A DNA stretch of 64,000 nt from Ranitomeya imitator (GCF_032444005.1 NC_091284.1:624464001-624528000); one strand, 5' to 3'; positions 47,250-60,238 are shown, counted from the first letter of the stretch. Notes: generated by a model not told the origin, from the letters alone. A program made the numbers and translations.

Positions 47250-48556
47250 CAGTGGGCACGGAAAGTATTCATACCTCTTTAAATTTTTCACTCTTTGTTT
47301 CATTGCAGCCATTTGGTATATTCCAAAAAGTTCATTTTTTTTCTCATTAATGTACACTCTGCACCCCATCTTGACAGAAAAAAACAGAAATGTAGTAATT
47401 TTTGCAAATTTATTAAAGAAAAACTGAAATATCACATGGTCATAAGTATTCAGACACTCAAATACTCAATTGGGTTTAGGTCAGGGCTCTGGCTGGGCCA
47501 GTCAAGAGTGGTCACAGAGTTGTTCTGAAGCCACTCCTTTGTTATTTTAGCTGTGTGCTTAGTGTCATTTACTTGTTGGAAGGTGACCCTTCAGCCAAGT
47601 ATGAGGTCCAGAGCACTCTGGAAGACGTTTTCATCAAGGATATCTCTGTACTTGGCCACATTCATGTTTCCTTAAATTATAACCATGTTTCACTACTAGG
47701 GTTGTAATGGGCAGGTGATGAGCAGTGCCTGGTTTTCTCCACACATACCGCTTAGAATTTTCACTAAAAAGGTCTATCTTTGTCTCATCTGACCAGTGAA
47801 CTTTATTTATCATAGTCTGGGTGGGCTTTTATATGTATTGCCACTGGGGAGAGGCTTCCGTCTGGCCACTTTGCCATAAAGTGATATGTGACTTTGTGAT
47901 ATGTGATATGTGATATGTGACTTTGTGCAACTTTCTCTCTTCTCCCTAAAGCATCTCTGGAGCTCAGCACCAGTGATCTTGAGGTTCTTCTTTACCTCTT
48001 TCTCCAAGGCTCTTCTCCCACGATTGCTCAGTTTGGCTGGTCAACCAGGTCTAGGAAGACTTTTGGTGGTCCCAAACTTCTTCCATTTAAGGAATATGGA
48101 GGCCACTGTGCACTTAGGAACTGTGAATACTGCAGAAATTCTTTTGTAACCTTGGTCAGATCTGTGCCTTGCCACAATACTGTCTCTGAGCTCCTTGGCA
48201 ATTTCCTTTGACCTCATGATTTTCATTTGGTCTGACATGCACTGTGAGCTGTAAGGTCTTATATAGACAGGTGTGTGCCTTTCCAAATCAAGTCCTATCA
48301 GTTTAATTTAACACAGCATGTGACTTAAATATGAGTGTCTGAGCAAAGAGTCTGAATACTTATGACCATGTGATATTTCATTTTTTCTTTTTTATTAAAT
48401 TTGCAAAAATTTCTACATGTCTGTTGTTTTCAGTCAGCATGGGGTGCAGAGTTTACATTAAAGTGAAAAAAATGAACTTTTTTGAATTTACCAAATGGCT
48501 GCAATGAAACAAAGAGTGAAAATTTAAAAGGGTCTGAATACTTTCCGTACCCACTG
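47250..48556 (-). mobile_element. Tc1 (IR/DR Sleeping Beauty-like) internally deleted element, 1307 bp, both ends present
   Basis: TA TSD (47248-47249, 48557-48558). Long IRs begin CAGTGGG.ACGGAAAGTATTCA. The minus-strand remnant reads MRSKEIAKELRDSIVARHRSDQGYKRISAVF. Same family as 16758. Confidence 0.9.
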
Positions 48557-50404
48557 TATATGCTGAAGTGGTGACTGTTTGCTGTATCACAGAATCAGCA
48601 ATACTATGGATTTATATGCTGAAGTGGCAACTTGTGGCTGCACCACCGAATTAGCACTCCAGATTTATAAGGTGGATTTGACACAGGATCCTATCCATCT
48701 GAACTAGCTGAGAATAAACTGCCTAGCTAACTATCTGACTACTTGCAGCAGCAGCAGCAACCTCAATATTCTGCTAGACTCACAAAATGGTGCTGAAGCC
48801 ACTTGTCTGTTTTTTATGGAGAAGCGCATCTGTCTTCAGCGTCCAATGACACAAGCTGGAAACTCCCCTCATCAAACACATACCCTCTGCTTATCATACA
48901 GCACCGCTATCCTAGCCAAAGTCCTAACAAAAGCATAAGTGGAAACTCGATTATTTACCGAACTTTGGCTGATTTTTTGCCGATTTTGAGAAAAATGTTC
49001 AGGAATCTGAACACAAATCTGAATGTGAAAAGTTTGTGCTGAATTTGATATTTCAATAACCTCTATTGGTTTGCACATGCTACTTATCACCTTACTGGCT
49101 TTTGGTTATTAATCCACTTTTCAGTCTTGCATTGTGTTATACTTTAGATGTAGAAGTATTGCATTAGATATATTTCTTTTTTTATTCCCAATTTTTTTCC
49201 ATTTATAGTTTTTAAAGATAATTAAAAGTGTGCATAATAAATATAGTACAGTAAATATCAGATTGTCCTTGAAAAAGATGTCAGATATTAATCATTCTGT
49301 ATAGGAATTTTGGATGAAATCCACAAAATGAAAAGTGATATTGCCCATTAATCTTTGATTGATGAACATTCTTTTTGAATACAAATGTATAATGGAAAAT
49401 GCAAAAGGAAAGGAAAAAAAGTGACCTAGCTGATAAAAACATGAATTATGGCAGTGTTGAAGACTGGAATGCTTGATTGTATTTTAATATCAGCACCATG
49501 TAACTTTACAATGCTCATATTTCAACAGATTTATAAAAATCGGTATGACACATTGAACACTTCCATTCTAATCTTTATCTATTTCTGTTGATGTGTGTTC
49601 TATAATTGGGGCATTAAACATAACATTTGTTAAAATTAATATGATTATTTCTCTACAGTATACCCTCAACATTTTGGGTTCTTTAAGGAACTTTGTTTGA
49701 AATGTAAGTTTGAATGTGTTTTGTGGTTTAGAAAATATTATAGAAACTAACGTTACATAGATGCCTTAAAATTGTCACAATTTAGCACCTCATGTCCCCA
49801 ATGATGGAATTTGCATAATTGGTCTTGTTAATCCAAAAAAGTGAGCTTGGTAAATAGTTCAAAACCAAGGATGCTGTCAGCATGTATTTTTCTGAATTTC
49901 AAATGCATCAGATTTTTTAAAGGTATGATATCTAGAAATACTATTTTCCTGCAAATATAGGGCTAAACTGCAGGAAAATAGCATTTAAATCCTGCTGAGT
50001 CAAAATACTGGAGTAGTGGCTGCAGGGGGAAAATTACATTTTATTCTCCTTGCATCTGCTTGCTTCCATGAATTGAGCAGTGCACAGCGCTGCTACAGTC
50101 ACCACTTTATGTACCAGTGCCTGGTATTTTGATCAACAATTTGCTCTGCAGTGTATGTGTACAGCTTGGGTGTGCCGAGAAGACCATCAATCAAAATTCC
50201 TGGAAGTGATTGCTGCCACTCTTACCATAGTGAAATAACCATTTTCGGCACCACCCCGATGAAAGGAAGCGATTGCGTGCAGAGAGATTAAAGCTAAATT
50301 AGGATTTATATGTTATTCACATGCAGGAAAATGGTGCTTCTCAATGTGACAGGGTCCCATTAAGCGGTATGCACCTTTAAATAAATCAGAGGCAACTCTC
50401 CTAA

Positions 50405-51364
50405 CCCCTTAATGACCACCAATATGTCTTTTAACTGACCTGAGATATAAGAGAATAGCCTCCCCATACAGATGACAATCCAGCATATGTCGGTTGTACA
50501 CTATAGCTGACAACTTGCTGTACCAGCCACGATCAGTATTTGCACCATCTAAATCTGTTTAACCCCTTAGATGCTGCTGTCAATAGTTACTACATCATTA
50601 TAAATGGTTAACAGAGTGTGGGGGCTTCTTCTTTGTCACAATTTGTGCCCTCAGATCATGATTTTGTTGTCCTGATGTTTGCAATGGCAATTCATGACCA
50701 AATAGTGGCCTTAAAGTCTGACGGCTGTAGTAATCTGTTTAGAAGTTAGCAACATTTAGGTAGTAAAAATACACATTTTCATTTCTATCATACCACTTTG
50801 CATTAATTCCTGTAAAGCACCTGAAGGGTTAATAAACTACCTGACAACAGTTTTCAATATGTTTAGGGGTGCTGTTTTTAAAATGGTATCACGTTTGTGG
50901 GTTTCCCAATATATGGGACCCCTAAAGTCACTTCAAACATGGATAAGTCCCTAAAAAAATAAATTTTGTAAATTTCTTTGAAAAAATGAAAAATTGCTGC
51001 TACATTTTTAAACCTCCTAAAATGCTAACAAAATAAAATAACATTTTACAAATGGTGCTGATGTAAAGCAGACATGTGGGAAATGTTATTTATTAATGGT
51101 TTGCTGTTGTATGACTATCTGGATTAAAGGGATAATCATTCAAATTTAGAAAATTGCTAATTTTTTAACATTTTTCTCAAATTTTTGATATTTTTTTATA
51201 AATAAACACAAAAAAGTTGAACAAAATTTACCATTATCATAAAGTATAATGTGTCACAAAAAAACAATCTCAAAATCACTGGGATTTGTTGAAGCATTGC
51301 AGAGTTATTACCACATAAAGTGACACTGGCCAGATTTCAAAAGTTTGGCTCGGTCACTAAGGGG
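50405..51364. mobile_element. piggyBac-type non-autonomous element, 960 bp, at a CTAA target
   Basis: CCCCTTAATGACC...GTCACTAAGGGG, flanked by CTAA at 50401-50404 and 51365-51368. Confidence 0.8.
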
Positions 51365-53042
51365 CTAAACTGACTCTATGGGCATTCAGTCTTTTCCTGA
51401 GTCATCTCCTGCTTCTAAATCTCAGAGAGTATGCTAGAAATTAAAATATGCTATGTGCACATACCCTTAGAGAGCATTGACATGCCCCCTGTATACTAAA
51501 AAAATTTGCATGTGACTTCAAAACTTAATTGCTATGGTCTGGAACAATGGCTGACTGCAAAGCAGGTATTGTTTTTAATTGTTATCTTAGGAGCCAAGCA
51601 GTAAAATACATCTGAACATCTAGAATAAAGCAGTTTTCAAAGGGAAAAACACATATCTATTTCTTTTGTAATAGTGTTAACTCTTTTGTTATAATCAAAG
51701 AGCTGGGAAAATTTTTGGATGGAGTAAATCATGTGAGGGTAGATGTCAGAGGTAGTGCGTTCAGGTTACTTCTACAGAGGTACCCGCAGATCTTTCCTCT
51801 CTCCCCAAGCACTATTGATCCTATGCGGACGTGTTCTCCAAAAGGGCTGCGGAGACACTTCCTCCTCACTGCCCCTATGACTGTCCTATTGATCTGTTGC
51901 CTGGTGCTGAGCCTCCCCAGGGTCGAGTCTATCCGTTATCTCTCCCGGATATGGAGGCAATGTCCCAGTACATTCAAGAGAATCTGGCAAGAGGATTCAT
52001 TAGGAAGTCAGTGTCACCTGCAGGGGCTGGCTTCTTCTTCGTGCAGAAGAAAAATGGAGAACTACGTCCATGCATAGACTACAGGGGTCTTAACGCCATC
52101 ACCGTTAAGAATAAATACCCACTACCTCTGATATCTGAGCTTTTCGATAGGCTATGGGGAGCAAGGGTATTTACTAAATTAGATCTGAGGGGTGCTTACA
52201 ACCTGATTCGCATCCGTGAGGGGGACGAATGGAAGACGGCTTTTAACACCAGGGATGTTCACTATGAATATCTGGTGATGCCCTTCCGGCTCTGTAATGC
52301 CCCAGCCATTGTTCAAGACTTTGTGAACGACATCTTCCGGGAGATGCTCACCACCTCGTTCGTAGTCTATGTGGATGATATTCTCATCTACTCTCCAGAT
52401 ATTGACACCTCATTGGAGAGATGTTGGCAAAATTTTTGGCCTCTTACGGGCAAACTCCCTCTATGCCAAGTTGGAGAAGTGTGTGTTTGAGCAGGAGTCC
52501 TTGCCTTTCCTTGGCTATATCATCTCTGCCCAGGGATTGGCTATGGATCCTGCCAAACTACAGGCTGTGATGGACTGGCAAGAACCCCATTCTCTTAAAG
52601 CGGTGCAGTGCTTTATGGGGTTAATTCATTACTATCACCAGTTCATTCCACACTTCTCAACTTTGGTAGCTCCCTTGGTTGCCCTCATCAGGAAGGGAGC
52701 CAGTCCCAAGTTGTGGTCGGAGGAGGTCTCCAAGGCCTTTCTCTTGATCAAGTCACACTTCGCTAGCACTCCCATCCTACATTGCCCCGATGTAGATAAG
52801 CCATTTATTATGGAGGTGGATGCCTCATCCGTTGGTGCTGTAGCAGTCCTCTTCCAAAAGGATGCTCAAGGTTAGAAGTTTCCTTGTTTCTCCTCCAAGA
52901 CCTTTTCACCAGCGGAGAGGAATTATTCAATCAGGAAAAGGGAGTTGCTAGCCATGAAGTTGGCTTTCTCAGAGTGGAGACACCACTTGAAGGGAGCTCG
53001 CATTCCCTTCCAAGTGTTCACAGACCACAAGAACTTGGTGTA

Positions 53043-54549
53043 CAGTCATGGCCAAAAGTTTTGAGTGTTTGTCTGATGTTTATATCACATGCAGAAATAT
53101 AATTGCAATCATATTATGAGTACCAATAGGTTATATTGACAGTTAGAATGAGTTAATGCAGCAAGTCAATATTTGCAGTGTTGACCCTTCTTCTTCAAGA
53201 CCTCTGCAATTCTCCCTGGCATGCTCTCAATCAACTTCTGGACCAAATCCTGACTGATAGCAGTCCATTCTTGCATAATCAATGCTTGCATTTTGCCAGA
53301 ATTTGTTGGTTTTTGTTTGTCCACCCGTCTCTTGATGATTGACCACAAGTTCTCAATGGGATTAAGATCTGGGGAGTTTCCAGGCCATGGACCCAAAATC
53401 TCTATGTTTTGTTCCATGAGCCATTTAGTTATCACCTTTGCTTTATGGCAAGGTGCTCCATCATGCTGGAAAAGGCATTGTTGGGCGCCAAACTGCTCTT
53501 GGACGGTTGGGAGAAGTTGCTCTTGGAGGACATTCTGGTACCATTCTTTATTCATGGCTGTGTTTCTAGGCAAGACTGTGAGTGAGCTGATTCCCTTGGC
53601 TGAGAAGCAACCCCACACATGAATGGTTTCAGGATGCTTTACAGTTGGCATGAGACAAGACTGGTGGTATTGCTCCCCTCTTCTCCGAATAAGCTGTTTT
53701 CCAGATGTCCCAAACAATCGAAAAGGGGATTCATCAGAGAAAATGACTTTGCCCCAGTCCTCAGCAGTCCACTCCCTGTACCTTTTGCAGAATATCAGTA
53801 GGTCCCTGATGTTTTTTCTGGAGAGAAGTGGCTTCTTTGCTGCCCTCCTTGAAACCAGGCCTTGCTCAAAGAGTCTCCGCCTCACAGTGTGTGCAGAAGC
53901 ACTCACACCAGCCTGCTGCCATTCCTGAGCAAGCTCAGCACTGCTGGTTGCCCGATCCCACAGTTGAAACAGTTTTAAGATACGGTCCTGGCGCTTGCTG
54001 GTCTTTCTTGGGCGCCCTGGAGCATTTTTGACAACAATGGAAGCTCTCTCTTTGAAGTTCTTGATGATGCGATAGATTGTTGACTGAGGTGCAATCTTTG
54101 TAGCTGCGATACTCTTCCCTGTTAGGCCATTTTTGTGCAGTGTAATGATGGCTGCACGTGTTTCTTTAGCGATAACCATGGTTAACTGAAGAGAAACAAT
54201 GATACCAAGCACCAGCCTCCTTTTAAAGTGTCCAGTGATGTCATTCTTACTTAATCATGACTGATCGCCAGCCCTGTCCTCATCAACACCCACACCTGTG
54301 TTAATGGATCAATCACTAAAACGATGTTAGCTGCTCCTTTTAAGGCAGGACTGCAATGATGTTGAAATGTGTTTTGGGGGTTAAAGTTCATTTTCTGGGC
54401 AAATATTGACTTTGCAAGTACAGTAATTGCTGTTAAGCTGATCACTCTGACATTCAGGAGTATATGCAAATTGCCATTAGAAAAAATGAAGCAGTAGACT
54501 TTGGAAAAATTAATATTTGTCTTATTCTCAAAATTTTTGTCCATGACTG
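53043..54549 (-). mobile_element. Tc1/mariner DD35E (Traveler-like) transposon, full length, 1507 bp
   Basis: TA TSD (53041-53042, 54550-54551) restores host pol KNLVY|LQMAQRLNS. 23-bp TIR CAGTCATGGCCAAAAGTTTTGAG with 2 mismatches between ends. Confidence 0.93.
53166..54179 (-). CDS. DD35E transposase, 337 aa, uninterrupted ORF
   Basis: ATG at 54179. Paired-like HTH region, GRPRK, VIFSDES (D1), FQHDGAPCH (D2), [12 protein letters not shown] (E), with exactly 35 residues between D2 and E. Confidence 0.92.
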   Translation of the reverse strand: MVIAKETRAAIITLHKNGLTGKSIAATKIAPQSTIYRIIKNFKERASIVVKNAPGRPRKTSKRQDRILKLFQLWDRATSSAELAQEWQQAGVSASAHTVRRRLFEQGLVSRRAAKKPLLSRKNIRDLLIFCKRYREWTAEDWGKVIFSDESPFRLFGTSGKQLIRRRGEQYHQSCLMPTVKHPETIHVWGCFSAKGISSLTVLPRNTAMNKEWYQNVLQEQLLPTVQEQFGAQQCLFQHDGAPCHKAKVITKWLMEQNIEILGPWPGNSPDLNPIENLWSIIKRRVDKQKPTNSGKMQALIMQEWTAISQDLVQKLIESMPGRIAEVLKKKGQHCKY

Positions 54550-55996
54550 TACTTACAGATGGCCCAGCGGCTGAATTCTCGCCAGACTAGATGGTCCCTG
54601 TTCTTCTCCCGGTTCCATTTTACTCTCCATTTTCTCTCCGGGGAGAAGAACATTCATGCCAACACTCTCTCTCTCGCTGTGTAGTGTCATCTGAGGAGGA
54701 GGAAGAGCCTTGGCTTATTGTCCCTTCTGAGAGCCTGAGAACTGTAGCTCCGGTTTCGCTAGAGTCTGTTCCCCCAGGCAAGACTTTTGTTCCATCTAAT
54801 TTATGACTGGAGGTTCTCTCTTGGGCTCACTCATCCAGGGTGGGTGGATATTTTGGGACCAAGAGGACATCTGAGCTTTTGGCGAGGACGTACTGGTGGC
54901 CGCATATGGCCTGTGACGTCAGGAACTCTATTCGGGCGTGTGTTCTGTGCCAAGAATCGGTCTCCTCGGCATCGGCCTGCTGGGCAACTTTACCCCCTGC
55001 CGGTGGCAGACAGGCCCTGGGAGATGGTTGGGATGGACGTTGTGGTGGGCTTACCTAAGTCTCGTAACTGCACCGTTATCTGGGTTGTCACCGATCATTT
55101 CTCTAAGATGGTGCACTTGGTGCCGCTTCCACGGTTACCTTCTGCATGGGCCTTGGCGGCGTTGTTCATTAAACATTTACCGTTTTCATGGCATACCTGA
55201 TAAAATAGCCAGTGACCGGGGTCCCTGGTTTGCGTCTCGGTTTTGGAGAGATCTCTGTCGTTTACTCAGCATAGAACTAAATCTCTCCTCTGCATATCAT
55301 CCCAAGACGAATGGGTTGGTAGAGAGAGCAAACCACACTCTGGTGACACATTTGCAACATTTTGTCTCTGCTAGGCAGGATGATTGGGCATCTTTGCTAC
55401 CTTGGGCAGAATTTGCTCTTAACAATGCCGTAGCCGATTCCACTGGGCAGACTCCTTTTCTCATTATTTACGGCCAGCATCTGTGTGTCCCTGTGCCCAT
55501 GCCTGTCATCCACTGATTCCAGGGTGGCAGACTGGGCAGTGGAGGCACGTGATATCTGGGACCACACACAGGATGCCATCCGGGCCTCCAAGGAGAGAAT
55601 GAGGGTTTCGGCTGATACACACCGGCGCCCCGCTCCAACCTTTGCTCCTGGCGACTTAGTGTGGCTCTCCGCCCGTAACATCAGGCTGCGAGTTGAGTCC
55701 ACTAAGTTTGCGCCTCACTACATTGGCCCATTCAAGGTTCTGGAACAGGTCAACCCTGTGGTCTACCGTTTGGCTATTCCTCTGCCGGGACATCGGGTTC
55801 GTCCACGGATGAGTACGAGGTGAATGCTATCGTGGGGTGCAAGGTAGTACGTGGCAAAATATACTATCTGGTGGACTGGAAGGGCCACGGCCCTGAGGAC
55901 AGAACCTGGGAACCTGTAGAGCACATTCTGGCTCCGCTGCTCATTGCAGCCTTTGATCATAGCAAGGCCCGGGGGGGCCCTAGGAGGGGGGGGTAA

Positions 55997-56901
55997 TGTT
56001 AGGAGTCGAGTTCCCGCTGCTGCACAGGGGGAATCTCAAACCATGTCTGCTGCGGTCTCTCATTCTGCATCAGCCGCAGTGGAGCCTGCTCAGCGGAGAC
56101 GTCGGTCCCAGCATCTTGCTCAATCTCACTCTGTGCAAAGGGTTACTGCTACTTTTCCTGCTTCTGCCACTGAAGCCAGTGCTGGGCAGCGGCGAGCAGA
56201 CGCTTTTGGGACTAAGTCCTGATTTTCCCCTTCTGAGCATGCACAGGGCAAGATCTCCCATTGGAGATCGAGGGGCACATGCTCAGATACTGCAGCAGAT
56301 CCCATTGGTCCTCCAGGAAGGTCCTGAAGGTGCTCAACTTCTGTGGCAGCCTCCCATTGGTCTTTCTGGGAAGGCCCTGTACATGCTGCAGCTATAAAAG
56401 GTTTGCATGGCCGCGCGGCCATGCACTAGTATACAATTTTAATTGTGTGTGTGTTGATGAGTGCAAGTCATTCCTTAATAAAACCATCCCTTGGGTATGA
56501 CTGTTCGCATAAGGTGTATGGCTGCTATCTAGCACCCGGCTGAACTCACAGCGTTAACACATGAAACAGTGTCTACTGCTGTGACCGCCAGTATGGTGCC
56601 ACATGCCATTAGAGTGCTTCTTTAGCCCAAGGCTGGGTGGTTAGTGGCGTCCGCCAGTACTGCACAGCTCGCACTCTCGTGCTATTTAATTATTTGCTTT
56701 GTGCAGTACTGTGGCCCTGTGATGCAACAGGGTTCGCTTCTTTCACACAGGGTGAAGCTAACCCGTGTGAATCCTCATTGTGCCGCCATATAGTCCATCA
56801 TTGCTTAGCAGCAGGTACCATCTCTGCACGGTGGACCCCGGGCTGTGAACGCACCTTATTCCTTTTCTCTAATTATTTGGTGCGTTCCGCTAGCCCTAAC
56901 A
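55997..56901 (+). repeat. 3' LTR of decayed family 2 copy (905 bp)
   Basis: TGTTAGGAGTCGAG...GCCCTAACA, homologous to the reverse complement of 29566-30528. TATAAAA at 56393. Confidence 0.92.
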
Positions 56902-56914
56902 TAAGGAAATAATC

Positions 56915-57700
56915 TCCCCCATCCTGGCCCTCTTGTTTCTCATTCCTGGCTCTATCCATATGTTCTCCCATCCTGCCCTCATGAGTATCCATTCTTCCCA
57001 TGTGATGTCCCATCCTGCCCCATATGATCTCCTCATCCTGCCCCATCTGTCTCCATTCTGACCCATCTGTCCCATCCTCCCCCGTCTGTCTCCATAATGC
57101 CCCATGATCCTGCCCCATTTGTCCCATGATCCTACCCATCTGTCCCATGATCCTGCCTCATCTGTCCCATGATCCTGCCCCATCTGTCTCTATCGTATCC
57201 ATCCTGCCCATGATCCTGCACCATGTGTCTCCATCCTGCCCCATCTGTCTTCATCCTGCCCCATGGTGCTGCACCATGTGTCTCAATCCTGCCCCATCTG
57301 TCTCCATCCTGCCCCATGATCCTGCACCATGTGTCTGCATCCTGCACCATATCTCCATCCTGCCCCATGATCTTGCACCATGTGTCTCCATCCTGCTCCA
57401 TCTGTGTCTCCATCCTGCCCCATGATCCTGCACCATGTGTCTCCATCGTGCCCCATCTGTCTTCATCCTGCCCCATGGTGCTGTACCATGTGTCTCCATC
57501 CTGCCCCATCTGTCTCCATCCTGCCCCATGATCCTGCACCGTGTGTCTGCATCCTGCACCATTTCTCCATCCTGCCCCATGATCTTGCACCATGTGTCTT
57601 CATCCTGCCCCATCTGTGTCTCCATCCTGCCCCATGATCCTGCACCATGTGTCTCCATCCTGCCCCATGATCCTGCAGCATGTCTCTCCATCCTGCACAA
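56915..57700. repeat. Minisatellite of CCATCCTGCCCCAT / GATCCTGCACCATGTGTCT units with a 212-bp higher-order repeat
   Basis: Tandem units; the same block order recurs at 57209, 57421 and 57633. Confidence 0.9.
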
Positions 57701-60238
57701 TGTCACATAGTAATAGAGTTTATCTGAACCTGAGTCTCGGACGCAGGTTGAGTTACTACACCAACAGAATCCTGTCGCTGGGGCCCGGTGAGCAGAAGAG
57801 AGGGGGCCCGATGCAGGCCAACTCTGTTCAGTGGGCCCCATATGCCAGTCAGGGGAGTAATGCCTTGATGGTGGCCCTGGTGATAATTCTCTCATGCAAG
57901 AGAATTGGTTCAATCATGCTACTGACACTTGGCTCAAACTCTCATCTGAGTGTCATCTTAGTGTGATCTGATTCTCTTGGATGAAAGAATTCGAGCACAT
58001 TGAGAAAACAGATAACTTAATTTCTCCATCTTCTCCATTGTCTGAGGCTGTGGATGTCGGACTGCACTTAGATGACAGCTGAATGCAGTCCGATGATTCA
58101 CATGCAGCCATAGACTGGAGTGGGTGCGTGTGAGCTGAATTTCGGAGTCACTCAAGTCACAGCATACTGCAGATTATTTTATTTTGTTACGGACCAAATT
58201 GGTCTGTGGAAAAAAATCACAGATCTGTGCTGCTCCTTAGTACAACATTGGACCGAGTGCTGTCCAATAAAACATCACTTAGCCCTCAGCCATGTTATAC
58301 GCCAGTGTGAATGAGGTAAGACCCTTTATTCTTCCTGCAGATCTTCTCCAATTAGCCTCTCATGCTGGAGTCCAGCCTCAATTACTTTTTTTTTGCAATA
58401 CTGTTAATTTTTCGCATACTTCTACATATAATGTACTTGTGATATGTGTACTATACATATATAGTGTGTTTCTGTTACATGACATTTCTGGAAGGTGAAT
58501 CTATTTGCCAGCTCTAAATCCTGATGCACAGTGCCCTGCTGACACCCTGCCTCCCTCCAGAGAAGGATGAGGCTGCTGTGCCCTTCTGCCCCCTGACATG
58601 ACATAGAGGCTCAATTCTGAAGACTGAAGTTTTTCAGAGCAGTGTGTAGAGTAAATGACACCTGTGGGAGTCTTGAGAGGGGGCTGAAGTGTTCTGTCAG
58701 GGGGCAGATTGGACTCAGCAGCCTTATGCTTCTCTGCAGGAGGTGAGGGTGAGGGGTCACTGGCACACACCGTGCTGTGCTCTTATCAGGACCTATAGCT
58801 GACACATAGACAGTAGTGAGGACATAGCAGCATCCTTGGTGAGCCGGCTGCTGTGCTGATAGTATGGCTAATGCAGTGACTGAGCACACAAGCCGACTCA
58901 CTGACCATGTTTCTGCTGCAGTGTGGACTGGAGCTTGTCAGGACACCATGCAGCAGCACAGGCTCAGGTGCTCACCCGGCGGGGACTGCTCTGCCCCTGC
59001 TGTTCTGTGATGAGTGACTGGGGATAATACTGCAGGAGCCCGTGCTCAGCAGGGATTGAATGGCGGAAAGTCCCACCCTCCTGTGACTTGGCATTGGCTG
59101 CCTCTCCCAGCTGTCTGTCACATTGATGCTCCTCCTACTGCTCCCTCCACACACCACTCCTGTTTATGAAAACCCTGACATCAGGTCCCTCCAGCTCATG
59201 GGCCCCATGTACCAGTAATGGTAATAATGCCCTGATGGCAGCCCTGGCTGTTCTCAATAGCACTTTGTTATGCTATTGGCATCCTGATTCTTGCCATGTA
59301 TATGAACCTTTTGGGCCCTATTATAAAAGTAAAAAAAGTTTTGACTATCAAATGTAGTTACATAAAAATAAAAGCATAAAATATGGAAGGAATAAAGATT
59401 CGTACGGAAGGCTTAAAAGGCATTCTATTCAGTGTATAAGTATACAGTATAATTTTCTTGTTATTATCAAGTATATTATCATGAACTTGTATTGGACATC
59501 ATTCCAGATAAATGTATAATTCTAATCTCATTAAGTTAATTTTTATTGTAGTAAAATATGTCTCAAATATTGTTTTAATATTTGAGATACACAGTAGATG
59601 TGTAGTAAGGCTACATTATCTCTGTTGTCGCCGAGCCTCTTTTACTTTGCTATTTTCTTCTTTACTCAGTTCTATTGGTAAGGTCATAAAACACCCTTGA
59701 ATGTTAGCAGAAGTGTTTCACATGGTTTATATTGATTTATTTTGAATCTACCAACATTAATCGAATTTCAGGATTTGGCATTGTTTTTTTTTTTCTTTTA
59801 TTTGTTAGGTCAAAGAATAGTTTCCTTCATCCTCCTCCAAGTGTCCATGAGCTGTCTAACAATGTCAATAGCTAAATCAAGTTTGACAGTAAATCAATAG
59901 GAAATTTGAGAAGATTTTATGGGTCTTATTTAATACTGTGTTTCTTTAGATAATAATCAAGTATGATAGGCTTAGGCATGCATCAGAACATTGATACTAG
60001 TATTTGGAAGTTTGGGGGTTTTCAGTGAATCTGTTAATTTATATGTTATACATACTAACTCATTGTAACATATTCCAGGGGACATCTCACAGAATAACTA
60101 AGCAATATGAATATATGATTGTATTTAACTATGATTTTTATGTTCACGTTTACTTCAAATATATATTTGTTAGTTTGTGTAAAAGTTAATTATGTCCTCG
60201 CTGCCAGTAAGCCATCTGGCCCTTCTCTTTGAGACTAA

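Larger units (their letters stand above)
44112..49082. mobile_element. Possible old large hAT-type element hosting nested piggyBac and Tc1 copies
   Basis: Degenerate termini TATAGATGAGCGA and GTTTGCACATGCTA resemble the TIRs at 20339 and 22850. No matching TSD was found. Confidence 0.35.
51715..56901 (+). mobile_element. Decayed, 5'-truncated family 2 chromovirus (pol remnant plus 3' LTR), interrupted by a Tc1-like transposon
   Basis: RT/RNase H/integrase/chromodomain remnants are near-identical in motif to 30153-34538 but have stops, frameshifts and deletions. PPT ~55972-55993; LTR 55997-56901. No gag or 5' LTR upstream. Confidence 0.92.

Noticed and set aside
49919-50365. Possible decayed Kolobok/T2 MITEs (also ~25560-25830, ~27370-27890) and a decayed MITE at ~5420-5595
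   Set aside because: Termini are too degenerate to fix boundaries or TSDs.
56873-57966. Multiple 70-220 aa repetitive ORFs on both strands
   Set aside because: These are minisatellite by-products, open in several frames at once.
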